The notes: generated from the letters alone by a model not told the origin. DNA of 64,000 nt from Myxococcales bacterium (GCA_047601445.1 JASGJH010000001.1:5248001-5312000), one strand, 5' to 3'. Counted from the stretch's first letter, positions 1 to 12,527 are shown. A program made the numbers and translations.

Positions 1-897
1 AGCGGCTTCCACGGCCTCATCGCGAGCGGCACGACGCCCAAGATGATCAAAGTGGAGAGCGACGCCCGCATGATCGGCTACGGCGCCATGCTCATGGAGG
101 GCATCGTGGGCGTGGTGGCGTTGATCGCGGCGAGTTCCCTCGCGCCAGGCGACTACTTCGCCATCAACACTCCGGCCGACAAATTCGCCCTGCTCGGCAT
201 GCACACGGAGAGCCTCACCGAGCTCAGCGAGCAGATCGGCGAGCGCCTCGCGGGTCGCACCGGCGGCGCGGTGTCGTTGGCAGTAGGCATGAGTCAGATC
301 TTCTCGAACCTGCCGGGCTTCCGCACGCTGATCTCGTACTGGTACCACTTCGCGATCATGTTCGAGGCCTTGTTCATCCTCACCACGGTGGACACAGGAA
401 CTCGTGTGGCTCGATTCCTCGTGCAAGAGTTCCTGGGTAGGGTGAGTCCCAAGCTCGCGCGCACCGACTGGCTGCCCGGGACGTTGTTCTCGACGACCCT
501 GGTGTGCCTGAGCTGGGGCTACCTGGTTTGGACGGGCAGCATCTCCACCATCTGGCCCATGCTCGGGATCTCCAATCAGCTACTGGCTTGCATCGCGCTG
601 TGCGCCGCCACCACGCTCACCATCAATCGCGGGAGGAGCAAGTACGCCTGGGTCACGCTACTGCCGCTGTTGTTCGTGGGCGTCGCCACCGAAACCGCGG
701 GCTATCAGCTCATTCGCGATCAATTCATCCCCAAGCTGATCGGCTCGGGCGTGCCCGACAAGATGTTCCAGGGCTACCTACTCTCGAGTTTGTGTGCGCT
801 GGCGATGGTGGCCTTGATCGCTATCTTCCTCGCGTCGCTGAGCCGCTGGTTGAAGCCGCGCGCCGATCAGACGCGCGAGCAGGTTGCCGAGGCATAG
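1..897 (+). CDS. cstA: Carbon starvation protein A / peptide-pyruvate transporter (5'-truncated by window edge)
   Basis: Frame is open from base 1 ([15 protein letters not shown], a typical CstA motif); also [34 protein letters not shown] and [13 protein letters not shown] motifs; multiple TM segments. Confidence 0.93.
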   Translation, partial: SGFHGLIASGTTPKMIKVESDARMIGYGAMLMEGIVGVVALIAASSLAPGDYFAINTPADKFALLGMHTESLTELSEQIGERLAGRTGGAVSLAVGMSQIFSNLPGFRTLISYWYHFAIMFEALFILTTVDTGTRVARFLVQEFLGRVSPKLARTDWLPGTLFSTTLVCLSWGYLVWTGSISTIWPMLGISNQLLACIALCAATTLTINRGRSKYAWVTLLPLLFVGVATETAGYQLIRDQFIPKLIGSGVPDKMFQGYLLSSLCALAMVALIAIFLASLSRWLKPRADQTREQVAEA

Positions 898-1213
898 CCC
901 GCAGCGCGCGAGGCACGCGCCGCAGGGACATGCGCATCCCGACCTAGGAGAAGCGAATCTCGACTCATCCCAGCTGGGAGGAGGCGCGCGGTTGGCATGA
1001 AAAACGCCCGGACTTTCTGGGCTTTTCGTCATTTTTAAAAGTGGCGTCGGCGCGCGAAAACCCGCACAGTCGCAGTCGACAGTTCGCTCTTGGGTCTCCG
1101 TTCTTCGCAGTTCGTGACGGATGCATTTGCAGTGCTCGCGAGCCCACCCGCTCGCCCAGCAGTACGTGCTCGCTCGCTTCGACCGACGCCCCCGACCGAT
1201 CGTGAAAGAACCC

Positions 1214-3480
<2,267 letters not shown>

Positions 3481-3484
<4 letters not shown>

Positions 3485-3930
3485 GCGATCGAGCTCGCAA
3501 GGTTCCAGAGCGAAGTACCTTCGGCGTGCGACCGGGCACGCTGCGGATTGGCACGAGTCCGCGCATCCGGAGGCTCCGACGCGTGCTGGTCGTGGACGAT
3601 GACCCGGTGGTGCGCCAGGTGGTGGCCACCATCTTGAGCACGCGCGGCTACGATGTGGTGGTGCGAGGCGAAGCCCTCGGGACCCTGGCGGTCATCGCGC
3701 GTGAACAGCCGGACATCGTGGTGCTCGACGTGAACATGCCCGGACTCAGCGGCGACGCTCTGGCCCGCCTCGTGAGCAACCGAGCTGGGAAGGCGCCCCA
3801 GGTGATCCTGCATTCCTCGCAGCCCCATGGCGAGCTCGCTAGGCTCGCGCAGGAGGCAGGGGCGCTGGGCGCGATCGAAAAGGGAGATCCGAGGGATTTC
3901 TTGGAAGCTTTCGAGGCGTTGGTGGGCTAG
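3481..3930 (+). CDS. Single-domain response regulator
   Basis: VLVVDDD...VVLDVNMPGLSG...K receiver motifs; ATGA overlap with the kinase stop. Confidence 0.88.
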
Positions 3931-3949
3931 CAGCCAGCGCCCTATCCCC

Positions 3950-5470
3950 TCACCCGATCTTCTCCGCCAGGAACCCGCGCACCTTGTCGATCGCGATGCG
4001 CTCCTGCTGCTGCGTATCCCGATGCCGCACGGTCACCGTCTGGTCCGTCAGCGTGTCCCCATCCACCGTGAAGCAGTACGGCGTGCCCTGCTCGTCCATG
4101 CGCGCGTAGCGCTTGCCGATGGTCTGCTTCATGTCCACCTGGCAAGGCCAGGTGCGCGCCAGGTCGTCGTAGAGCTTCTGCGCGACCTCGGGCATACCCT
4201 CTTTCTGCACCACCGGGAACACGCCCGCCTTCACGGGCGCCATGCGCGGATGGAACTTGAGGTACACCCCGCTCGGACGCGTGGTGTCCGGCGTATACGC
4301 CTCGCACAACACCGCCAGCACGCCGCGCGACAGGCCCGCCGAGGGCTCCACCACGTGCGGCACGAAGCGCTGCTGGGTGTCGGTGTCGAAGTACGACAGG
4401 TTGGTCTTGGAGAACTTCTGGTGCTGCTGCAGGTCGAAGTCGCTGCGGTGCGCCACGCCCTCGAGCTCACCATAGCCCGGCCAGGAGAACGGGAAGCGAT
4501 ACTCGATATCGACCGTGCCGGCGCCTTCCTTGGCGTAGTGCGCGAGCTCGTCGCGCTCGTGGGCGCGCACCTTGAGGTTCGCGCTCGTGACGCCCACCTT
4601 GTTCCACCACTTGGCGCGCGTGTCGGCCCAGAACTCGAACCACATCTTGGCCTCGTCCGGATGGCAGAACCACTCGATCTCCATCTGCTCGAACTCGCGC
4701 GAGCGGAAGATGAAGTTGCGCGGCGTGACCTCGTTGCGGAACGCCTTGCCCACCTGGGCGATGCCGAAGGGCACGCGCACGCGCGAGGTGTCCACCACGT
4801 TCTTGAAGTTGAGGAAGATGCCCTGGGCCGTCTCGGGCCGCAGATAGGCGATGTTGTCCTCGCTCTGCAGGGCGCCCACGTAGGTCTTGAACATCAGGTT
4901 GAACTGGCGCGGCTCCGTGAGCGTGCCCTTCTCCTTGGCGTCCGGCCCGTAGATGTTCGCGTAGGACTCCACCGGCAGCCCGATCAGGTCGATCACGTCG
5001 AACTCTTCGGCACTCTTGCCCTTGAGCAGCTTGCCGAGGCGCTTCTTGGCGTCCTCGTCCTCACCCTCCACGAAGGCCACCATCGGCAGCGCCGCGTCGG
5101 TCTTGTGCTTGAAGACCTTGAGGTGGTCCGCGCGATAGCGCCGCTTACTCTCCTTGCAGTCCACCATGGGGTCGTTGAAACCCGCCACGTGGCCCGAGGC
5201 CTCCCAGGTCTTGGGGTTCTGGATCAGCGCGGTGTCCAGGCCGACCATGCTGAGCGTCTTGCCGTCGGGTCCCGCCGGCGGACAGCGGACCATGTCGTTC
5301 CACCAGGCGTCGCGCAGGTTGTTGCGGAGCTCCACGCCGAGCGGCCCGAAGTCCCAGAAACCGTTGATTCCCCCGTAAATCTCGCTGGCAGGGAAGATGA
5401 ATCCGCGGCGCTTACACAGCGCGACCAGGTCATCCATGGAGAAAGGCTTCTGAGAGGCGTCGGTACTCAT
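3950..5470 (-). CDS. glyQS: Glycine--tRNA ligase, alpha2 (homodimeric) type
   Basis: LCKRRGFIFPASEIYGG, YLRPETAQGIF, FRNEVTPRNFIFRSREFEQME; C-terminal anticodon domain IGKRYARMDE. Confidence 0.96.
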   Translation of the reverse strand: MSTDASQKPFSMDDLVALCKRRGFIFPASEIYGGINGFWDFGPLGVELRNNLRDAWWNDMVRCPPAGPDGKTLSMVGLDTALIQNPKTWEASGHVAGFNDPMVDCKESKRRYRADHLKVFKHKTDAALPMVAFVEGEDEDAKKRLGKLLKGKSAEEFDVIDLIGLPVESYANIYGPDAKEKGTLTEPRQFNLMFKTYVGALQSEDNIAYLRPETAQGIFLNFKNVVDTSRVRVPFGIAQVGKAFRNEVTPRNFIFRSREFEQMEIEWFCHPDEAKMWFEFWADTRAKWWNKVGVTSANLKVRAHERDELAHYAKEGAGTVDIEYRFPFSWPGYGELEGVAHRSDFDLQQHQKFSKTNLSYFDTDTQQRFVPHVVEPSAGLSRGVLAVLCEAYTPDTTRPSGVYLKFHPRMAPVKAGVFPVVQKEGMPEVAQKLYDDLARTWPCQVDMKQTIGKRYARMDEQGTPYCFTVDGDTLTDQTVTVRHRDTQQQERIAIDKVRGFLAEKIG

Positions 5471-5523
5471 AGAGGGCCCGATCGTACCGGTCCCCTCACG
5501 CCAGGCAACCCAGCAAAAGCCTG

Positions 5524-5934
5524 TTACTTCGTGGCGATCGAATCGTAGCCCGCCCCCCGAAACTCGAGGAAGCAGAAGCCGTGGCCGAAGGGGTCACTCA
5601 GCACGGCGAGCAGCCCATAGGGCTCTTCCGCCACCGGCCGCTCCAACTTGGCCCCGGCGGCCAGCGCCCGCGCCACCGCCGCCTCGAGGTCGGGGACCAC
5701 GAAGTCCAGATGCAGCGGGCACCAGTGACGGTCGTAGTCCCGCCCCCGCTGGGCCCCGACGAAGGGCGGCTTTCCTGCGGCCTGCTGCAGCAGATAGATG
5801 GGCACCGGCGCCCCCAGGAGCTCCAAGAAATCCGTCCCCAGCTGGCGGCCAATCCGCAGCCCAAACGCCTCCGTGTAAAAGTTCCGTGCACGCCCGATGT
5901 CGTCGACGTCGATGTTCACCAAGAGCTCGGTCAC
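5524..5934 (-). CDS. VOC/glyoxalase family protein
   Basis: NIDVDDIGRARNFY...HLDFVVPDL...DPFGHGFCF; GTG start after AGAGG. Confidence 0.85.
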   Translation of the reverse strand: MTELLVNIDVDDIGRARNFYTEAFGLRIGRQLGTDFLELLGAPVPIYLLQQAAGKPPFVGAQRGRDYDRHWCPLHLDFVVPDLEAAVARALAAGAKLERPVAEEPYGLLAVLSDPFGHGFCFLEFRGAGYDSIATK

Positions 5935-6017
5935 AGCAGGCCTCTTTCCTCGGTAATTGGCCCCTAGGTAGGCCCGCCGCCCGCGCAGCCAGGCCGGCGC
6001 CACCGCCCACCCCTTCG

Positions 6018-6046
6018 TTGACCCCCGGGGACGGCCACTGTATCAA
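6018..6046 (+). promoter_or_regulatory. Candidate sigma70 promoter for cysS
   Basis: TTGACC-17 nt-TATCAA about 60 nt upstream of ATG 6106. Confidence 0.4.
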
Positions 6047-6105
6047 GGCCCCTGCGGAAAACCGCCGTGTTCACGGCAGTTTCAAATTCTCGACCCGGGT
6101 TCCCC

Positions 6106-7665
6106 ATGGCGCTCTTCGTACACAACACGCTGACCAAGAAAAAAGAACCCTTCGTGACGGCCCAGCCCAAGGTGGCCCGCATCTACACCTGCGGCCTCAC
6201 GGTCTACGACCCGATGCACATCGGGCACGCCCGCACCTATTGCTTCTGGGACATGTTCCGGCGCTACCTCGAGTACCGCGGGTACCACGTGGTCAGCGTG
6301 ATCAACTACACGGACATCGACGACCGCATCATCCAGAAGAGTGGCGAGCGCGAGGGGGCCATCGACGTGGCCGAGCGCAACATCGCGGGCTTCCGCCGCG
6401 ACACCCGGCGCCTGCACATCAAGGACTACGCGGTCTACACGCGCGCCACGGACTTCATCGAGGAGCAGGTGAGCATGGTGAAGGGGCTGGTGGAGAAGCA
6501 CCACGCCTACACCGTGGACTCCGAGGTGCTCTACGAAGTGCAGAGCTACGCCCCCTACGGTCAGCTCTCGGGTCGCAAGCTCGACGAGCAAGAAGTGGGC
6601 GCCAGCGGACGCGTCGAAGAGGACTTCGCCCGCAAGAAGCACCCCGCCGATTTCACGCTCTGGAAGCCCACCGATCCGGGCGAGCCGAGCTGGAGCACCG
6701 GCGTGAACGATTGGCCCCAGGGGCGCCCCGGCTGGCACATCGAGTGCTCCGCCATGAGCACGGCCTTGCTCGGCAACCACTTCGACGTCCACGGCGGCGG
6801 CATCGACAACATGTTCCCGCACCACGAAAACGAGATCGCCCAGAGCGAGCCCCTCTGCGGGCGGCCCTGGGTGCGCTACTGGCTGCACCCGGAGCACCTC
6901 GCGCTCAAGGACGAGAAGACGCAAGAGTTCGTCAAGATGTCCAAGAGCATCGGCAACGTGATCGGCATCGAGCAGCTACTCAGCAAGCACAGCCACGACG
7001 AAGTGCGCTGGTTCTATTCCACCCAGCATTACCGGGCGAAGCTGCCCTTCAACTGGGAACTCCTCGAGCAGTCGAGCCACGGCTACACGCGCATCAAGAA
7101 GCTCGTCAACGTGCTCGCTAGCAAGCTGCGCGGCAAGGGCGAGATCGCGCTGCCACCCGGACTCTATGCCTCCCAGCGCAGCGACGAAGAGCGCGTGCCG
7201 CGCCAGCGCCACCGCTTGGTCCACGGTGACTACGCCGCCGAGAGCCAGGCCTTCCTGACCCGCTTCGTCGAGGCCATGGACGACGACCTCAACACGCCCA
7301 ACGCGGTGGCCGCGCTGTTCGACTACGTGAGCGCGCTCTACGCCAAGGGCATCGAACAGAACGAGAACCTGTCCGCGCTGCTGGCGGTGTACCGCACACT
7401 GGTGCTGCACTTGAGCGTGTTCGGCGTGGAGATCGCAGAGCCCGAGCTGTTCCCCGAACTCATCCCGGACTACGCCGTGGCGCCCGAGCCCGGCGCCCAG
7501 GCGGGTCGCGGCGGCGATGGCGCCATCGATCGCTTGCTCGCCATGCGCACCGAGGCTCGCAAGGCCAAGGACTTCGCCAAGTCCGACGCCATCCGCAACC
7601 TGCTCACCGAGGCGGGCGTGCTGCTCGAAGACACGCCGCAGGGACCGCGCTGGAGCGTTGGTTAA
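6106..7665 (+). CDS. cysS: Cysteine--tRNA ligase
   Basis: YTCGLTVYD-HIGH, DFTLWK, GRPGWHIECSAM, FPHHENE and KMSKS motifs. Confidence 0.95.
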   Translation: MALFVHNTLTKKKEPFVTAQPKVARIYTCGLTVYDPMHIGHARTYCFWDMFRRYLEYRGYHVVSVINYTDIDDRIIQKSGEREGAIDVAERNIAGFRRDTRRLHIKDYAVYTRATDFIEEQVSMVKGLVEKHHAYTVDSEVLYEVQSYAPYGQLSGRKLDEQEVGASGRVEEDFARKKHPADFTLWKPTDPGEPSWSTGVNDWPQGRPGWHIECSAMSTALLGNHFDVHGGGIDNMFPHHENEIAQSEPLCGRPWVRYWLHPEHLALKDEKTQEFVKMSKSIGNVIGIEQLLSKHSHDEVRWFYSTQHYRAKLPFNWELLEQSSHGYTRIKKLVNVLASKLRGKGEIALPPGLYASQRSDEERVPRQRHRLVHGDYAAESQAFLTRFVEAMDDDLNTPNAVAALFDYVSALYAKGIEQNENLSALLAVYRTLVLHLSVFGVEIAEPELFPELIPDYAVAPEPGAQAGRGGDGAIDRLLAMRTEARKAKDFAKSDAIRNLLTEAGVLLEDTPQGPRWSVG

Positions 7666-7666
7666 A

Positions 7667-7793
7667 CGGGGAGGGCACGCGCCCTCCCCGCCCAACGCGG
7701 CAAAGCCGCGCCGGGACCCACCCCGCCGCGAGGTTCGCTGCGCTCACGGTGTGCACTCGCTATTCCTCCAAAGAGGGCACGCGCCCTCCCCGC
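7667..7793 (-). repeat. REP-like hairpin repeat: one full copy plus the terminal hairpin of a second
   Basis: Reverse complement is roughly 90% identical by eye to 15592-15684; perfect 10-bp stem CGGGGAGGGC-acgc-GCCCTCCCCG. Confidence 0.85.
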
Positions 7794-7804
7794 TCTCGGG
7801 CAGC

Positions 7805-8674
7805 TCAGCGCCCGAGCGCAATCAGCATCACGCCGCAGGCGATCAGCGTGGCGCACGACACGCGTCGCATCAGCTGCCCTTCCGCCAACAGGCGCGCTCC
7901 GAAGAACGCGCCGAACAACATGGAAAGCTCACGCGCGGGCGCCACGTAGCTCACCGGCGCATGGCGTAGCGCCGTCAACACCAGGATGTATCCGAGCGGT
8001 CCGAGCACACCCACCACCAGCGCGTAGCGCCAGGTGCGTCGCCATTCGCGCACCAGGGCGTCGCGGCGCGAGAGCGCGGGCAAGCCTCGCACGAGGACCC
8101 GGAAGACGTGGGAGCCGTAGTCGAGCACCAGGGGGGCGATGGCAATGGTGCGCACGGCGTAAGCATCCAGCGTGGTGTAGCCCGCGATGAAGAGCCCCGT
8201 GAGAGCTCCCCACATGAGCCCGGCACGCACGCGCCCTTCCCGCGAGCGCAAGAGCGACGACCCACCTGCCAGCAAGAACACGCCCAGGATCACCACCGAG
8301 GCCCCGATCAACCCCTGCACGCTCGGGCGCTCTCCGAGCAACGATGCAGCGAGCCCCAAGCTCAAGAGCGGACCCGTACCACGCGCGACTGGATACACCA
8401 GCGACAAGTCCGCCTCACGGTAGCCGCGCTGCAGCACGTTCACGTAGAGGATGTGCAGGACGGCCGAAGCCAGCATGATGAGCCATGCCTTGCCTCCGCT
8501 CGGCAGTCCCTCTTTGGCAACTACCCACGCCACTGGCAGCGCGAAGACCACCAAGGAAACCAGCGAGCAGAGCAGGAGAAACAGTTGGCGTCCCTGCGCA
8601 CGCTTGGCGGCAAAGTTCCACGTCGCGTGCATGATCGCCGCGGCGAGTACCAGACCGAGGGCCGTGAGGGACAC
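7805..8674 (-). CDS. DMT/EamA family transporter
   Basis: About 10 TM segments; HATWNFAAK, YREADLSLVYPVARGTGP and SYVAPARELS motifs. Confidence 0.9.
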   Translation of the reverse strand: MSLTALGLVLAAAIMHATWNFAAKRAQGRQLFLLLCSLVSLVVFALPVAWVVAKEGLPSGGKAWLIMLASAVLHILYVNVLQRGYREADLSLVYPVARGTGPLLSLGLAASLLGERPSVQGLIGASVVILGVFLLAGGSSLLRSREGRVRAGLMWGALTGLFIAGYTTLDAYAVRTIAIAPLVLDYGSHVFRVLVRGLPALSRRDALVREWRRTWRYALVVGVLGPLGYILVLTALRHAPVSYVAPARELSMLFGAFFGARLLAEGQLMRRVSCATLIACGVMLIALGR

Positions 8675-8757
8675 ATCGTGTTCTTACTAATCGCTCCCCG
8701 AGTCGCAAGCGCGATCGCCCCGGATGACACCTCAACGGGTGATCACGCGAGAAATCA

Positions 8758-9228
8758 CTACGCCGCGCCGAGCAGTGTGCCCATGCGGTCGAGCAACGCC
8801 AGCGTACCTATCTCGCGCGAGCGTAAGTCCTCCGCACCGCCTTCGAGAAACGCTGCCTGTTCCGTGTATTTCATGCGCGTGCCACCCTGTGACGTCCGCG
8901 CGAACTCCACGCTCGCCAGCGACGTTGACAGATGCTTGGAACTGACGTGCATGTCGTACGCATAGACGATGAGCTGCTCGGGCTCGATCACGAAGTAGTG
9001 CGCCACGAAGAGTGAGGAGCCCGCGAGGAAACGTCCGTGCAAAATCTCCGTGCCACCCACACGAAAGTCGAGCTTGCGCTCGATCAGGGTCCAGCTCTCG
9101 GGCGGACCCGCGAACCAGTTCGCCTTGAGCTCGGGGTCCGACCAAGCCGCGAAGCTCCGATCTGGAGCCGCCCGAAAGCTGCGCTCGATGCTGAAGGTGC
9201 CGTGATGAAGGGGGGAACGGGGACTCAT
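8758..9228 (-). CDS. SRPBCC (AHSA1/START-like) domain protein
   Basis: HGTFSIERSF...AAWSDPELKANWF...DFRVGG...YTEQAAFL; ATG after GGAAG. Confidence 0.85.
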   Translation of the reverse strand: MSPRSPLHHGTFSIERSFRAAPDRSFAAWSDPELKANWFAGPPESWTLIERKLDFRVGGTEILHGRFLAGSSLFVAHYFVIEPEQLIVYAYDMHVSSKHLSTSLASVEFARTSQGGTRMKYTEQAAFLEGGAEDLRSREIGTLALLDRMGTLLGAA

Positions 9229-9263
9229 GGTGCTTCCTTCTCTCTCACTGGATGTCGCTAGAA

Positions 9264-9914
9264 TCAGGCGCCCGCGCGCACGAACTTGAGGTGCACGACC
9301 TTGGGGGCGGCCACGGTGCGCACGAGCGAGAGGCCATGTAGATCGGTCCCCAGGCCATCGAACAAGCGCTCGCCTGCACCGAGCAGCACCGGCGACAAGT
9401 TGAGCTCCATCTCGTCCACCAACCCGGCGCGGAGATACTGCTGTGCCGCATGGGCTCCACCGGCCAGCGTCACGTCCTTGCCCTGGGCCGCCCGGCGCGC
9501 CTGCGCGAGCGCGGACTCGATACCGTCGGTCACGAACGTAAACGTGGTGCCGCCCTCCATCACCAGCGGCTCGCGCGCGTGCTGGGTCAGCACGAAGACC
9601 GGATGATGATAGGGCGGGTTCGCTCCCCACCAGCCGTTCCAGGGGTTTTCCGCGGGCCAGGGCCCCTTGCCGCCACCGAACATGTTGCGCCCCATGATCG
9701 TGGCGCCGATGTTGGCGTTGGCCTCTTGCACGACCTGCGTGCTCTCGTTCACCTCGCCCCCCTCCATGCCGAGCATGGAGCGGAACTCGCGGAGGGCGAA
9801 GGCCCACTCGTGCAGGCGGCGACCTCCCAGCCCGAGGGGATTCTCGAGGCTCTGCTGAACGCCGGCCACGTAGCCGTCGAGTGAAATGGAAATCTTGAAG
9901 CGCAGCTTGGACAT
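9264..9914 (-). CDS. Dihydrofolate reductase / RibD C-terminal family protein
   Basis: SISLDGYVAG, IMGRNMF, PVFVLT, AGGAHAAQQYLRAGLVDE and PVLLGAG motifs. Confidence 0.9.
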   Translation of the reverse strand: MSKLRFKISISLDGYVAGVQQSLENPLGLGGRRLHEWAFALREFRSMLGMEGGEVNESTQVVQEANANIGATIMGRNMFGGGKGPWPAENPWNGWWGANPPYHHPVFVLTQHAREPLVMEGGTTFTFVTDGIESALAQARRAAQGKDVTLAGGAHAAQQYLRAGLVDEMELNLSPVLLGAGERLFDGLGTDLHGLSLVRTVAAPKVVHLKFVRAGA

Positions 9915-9952
9915 GGTTTGACTCCGGTGTGTCGATTGCTTTGCCGATGGCG

Positions 9953-10318
9953 TCAGGTCTTGTCGTTCTTCTTCTTGCGCGGCGTTGTCGGGGGTTCGTC
10001 GCCGTCGAGCAGCGCTGCGAGCCGATCGAAGCGGCGTTCCCAGGTGGAACGACGCTGCGAGATCCAGCTCTCGGCCGCCGACAGCGCGCGCGGCTCGAGC
10101 CGACAGGTGCGCACGCGGCCGACCTTCTCCGTCTTGATCACGCCACTCTGCTCGAGCACCTGGACGTGCTGCACCACGGCCGCCAGCGTCATCTCGAGGG
10201 GCTCGGCCAGCTCGCTCACGGAGAGTGGCCCGCGGCTGAGTCGCTCCAGCATGGCGCGACGCGCGGGGTCGCCGAGCGCGTGGAAGACACGGTCCAGGGC
10301 CGCCTGATGCTCAAGCAT
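9953..10318 (-). CDS. ArsR/SmtB family transcriptional regulator
   Basis: FHALGDPARRAML...LSVSELA...HVQVLEQSG...KVGRVR winged HTH; first gene of the ArsR-RibD_C-SRPBCC operon. Confidence 0.92.
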   Translation of the reverse strand: MLEHQAALDRVFHALGDPARRAMLERLSRGPLSVSELAEPLEMTLAAVVQHVQVLEQSGVIKTEKVGRVRTCRLEPRALSAAESWISQRRSTWERRFDRLAALLDGDEPPTTPRKKKNDKT

Positions 10319-10369
10319 ATGCTTTAGTATATGCTTAGCCTCAAGACAGTCAAGCGCTTGCTTTAGTAT
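10311..10369 (-). promoter_or_regulatory. Promoter and two putative ArsR operator boxes
   Basis: Minus strand TTGACT-16 nt-TATACT ends 7 nt before ATG; two 20-nt boxes TCAAGC-N4-GCTTTAGTAT (10311-10330 and 10350-10369, 17/20 identical). Confidence 0.65.
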
Positions 10370-10525
10370 TTCTACGGCGGCGTTTTGGCAGTGCGTTGCG
10401 ACGAGGTGACGTTTTCGTGCCTGCTATGGCGTAGTCCCCATTTCGGGGTTAGCGTCGTTTCGCCGTCGTTTTCGGCACGGCCGGGGGATGTTCGTCTGGA
10501 GCTGAAGCGAATTCTGCGCGCGTCG

Positions 10526-11485
10526 ATGGGGCGCGCGTTCCTGGTTCTCTGCGTCCTGGGCGCGGCTTGTCGCGGCAAGATGGGCCCCGAGGGCCAAGCT
10601 GGTCAGCCCGGCCTGCCAGGCGACGACGGCGCACCGGGGGACTCGGGCGACGCAGGTCCCGCGGGCCCACCCGGCCACAACGGAGCAGACGCCGGCGCCG
10701 GTCCCAACGGCAACCTCAACGTCACGTGGGAGTGCGAGTGGTGCGTGGCGAGTGACAAGCCCTCCTGCACGCTCGATGGCAGCGCGCTCCAGGTCTGCGT
10801 GGACGATGGTGGCGGCTGCGGCCACTGGGAGAGGGTCGAGGACTGCGAGTTCGGCTGCGGCTACAACCCCGGCGATCAGTTCGACGACCTCGGCAATCCC
10901 CAGGCCGACCGCAACGAGTGTCGCAGCGAGGCCTCCACGGCTTCGTGCTGGAACGACGTGGTGTGCCCTCCTGGCACGGAGTGTCGCGACGACCTCGGCA
11001 CCTGCGACGAGGCGCTCACGTGGGTGGCGGCCAGCGCCACGCTGACGACGGCGTTCGACGGCAAGGTCCACCACTTCGACTCGCTGTTCGAGCTCGCGAA
11101 CGTGGACTGCAGCGGCAGCACGGCCAGCTACTGGGATCAGAGCAGCACGCGCAACTGCAGCCTGAGCCTGGAATTCGTGCGCTGGAGCGCGAGCGATCAG
11201 GGCGAAGCCTACGAGGGACATCCGGTAAGCGCAGGCGGCTTCGAGGTGGATGAACTCACCGAGACGGGCTCCCAGGAAGTCCGCTGTAGCGGAGACGCCT
11301 TGAGCGCAAACAAATTTAGCTCACGTCTGAGCACCTGCTTCCTGACCGTGGCCGCGATGGACCTGACCCCGGGTGGCTTCGTCGTGGGGAACTTCGTGCG
11401 CACGGACGCAGTGACGGGCCCAGGCGATCAGACCGATCAGAGCTCTTTCTCGCTGGCCGGCACCTTCCGCGTCCAAGTCCCCTGA
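10526..11485 (+). CDS. Putative lipoprotein with collagen-like Gly-X-Y repeat and Cys-rich domain
   Basis: Signal with lipobox-like LGAAC; about 12 G-X-Y triplets (GPEGQAGQPGLPGDDGAPGDSGDAGPAGPPGHNG); many cysteines. Confidence 0.7.
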   Translation: MGRAFLVLCVLGAACRGKMGPEGQAGQPGLPGDDGAPGDSGDAGPAGPPGHNGADAGAGPNGNLNVTWECEWCVASDKPSCTLDGSALQVCVDDGGGCGHWERVEDCEFGCGYNPGDQFDDLGNPQADRNECRSEASTASCWNDVVCPPGTECRDDLGTCDEALTWVAASATLTTAFDGKVHHFDSLFELANVDCSGSTASYWDQSSTRNCSLSLEFVRWSASDQGEAYEGHPVSAGGFEVDELTETGSQEVRCSGDALSANKFSSRLSTCFLTVAAMDLTPGGFVVGNFVRTDAVTGPGDQTDQSSFSLAGTFRVQVP

Positions 11486-11542
11486 GTCTCCCGCTACCTT
11501 CCTTGCGGTCCGCGCAAGCGGCAGGGATGCTATGGCTTGCCC

Positions 11543-12121
11543 ATGGCTGAGTATCCGTGCCCGTGGGCGCCCATCGATGACCCGCTGTATCGCGCGTACC
11601 ACGACACCGAGTGGGGCGTGCCCGTGCGTGATTCCCGCGCGCTCTGGGAAAAATTTCAGCTCGACGGATTTCAGGCAGGCCTCTCCTGGATCACCATCCT
11701 GCGCAAGCGCGAGGCGCTGCGGCGTGAACTGGATCAGTTCAAGCCCGAGAAGCTCGTCCGCTGGAACGAGGCCCGCATCGCCAAGGCCCTCACCAACGAG
11801 AAGATCATCCGCAGTCCCGCGAAGATCCGCGCGACCATCGGCAATGCGCGGGTCTACCTGGACATGCGCGAGGCAGGGCTCGATTTCTCCGACTATCTCT
11901 GGGGTTTCGTCGACGGCGAGCCGCTCCTGTCGCGCCTCACCAACTACCGCGAAGCGCCCACCAAGACGGAAATCTCGGAGAAGATCGCCAAAGACATGAA
12001 GCGTCGTGGCTTCAAGTTCTGCGGTCCGACCATCGTCTATGCTTGCATGCAGGCAGTGGGGATGGTGAACGACCATGAGAAGCGCTGCCCGCGCTACAAA
12101 GAGATCCAAGCCCTCTACTAA
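11543..12121 (+). CDS. tag: DNA-3-methyladenine glycosylase I
   Basis: CPW...YHDTEWG, FQAGLSWITILRKR, GFKFCGPTIVYA, MVNDH-C Zn ligands. Confidence 0.94.
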   Translation: MAEYPCPWAPIDDPLYRAYHDTEWGVPVRDSRALWEKFQLDGFQAGLSWITILRKREALRRELDQFKPEKLVRWNEARIAKALTNEKIIRSPAKIRATIGNARVYLDMREAGLDFSDYLWGFVDGEPLLSRLTNYREAPTKTEISEKIAKDMKRRGFKFCGPTIVYACMQAVGMVNDHEKRCPRYKEIQALY

Positions 12122-12527
12122 CAAGCGCGCCCTGAATGCAGCCGCGAGCGGCGATCGATTAGCCCAGAGCCCTCTCGTACCTTCACGAAGGGTCCGCAGG
12201 TCACGCGGCGTGGCGTTCTTGCGCAAGCTAGTGGGCGCCTGACTCCTCGCGAAGTGCCTTGAAAATGGGCTCCGCAGCAGATCTTCCTTCGCCTGCCCCG
12301 TGTCCGCGCGATCACCGCCTGGTGAACGACTGCCGAGGTCGGTTTCGAGCGCGAGGACATCAAGAAACAAAACACTGTCACGCCATTCGCTGGTTGCTTT
12401 GGAGTGACGATGGCCCAGTTAGGGTGACATATTGGGCCCCAGCGTCGACCGGCGCTGTACTGGCTGCTAGCAAACATCACCCGTGGGTGGCTCGAGGGCT
12501 TCCCCTTCTCTTCCCCCGAGAGAGTGC

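Noticed and set aside
898..1213. Possible ncRNA or sigma54 promoter in the cstA-kinase intergenic region
   Set aside because: TGGCA is present but the -12 TTGC match is poor, and no recognisable RNA family structure was found
3827..5548. 573-aa plus-strand ORF, and similar long ORFs at 20166-22076, 33179-34918, 34971-36590, 50768-52297, 58016-59929 and 61631-63085
   Set aside because: Antisense or off-frame shadows of well-supported genes; Arg/His/Ala-rich with no motifs; expected in high-GC DNA
5471..6105. T-box riboswitches upstream of glyQS or cysS
   Set aside because: Leaders are too short and no T-box consensus or terminator is visible
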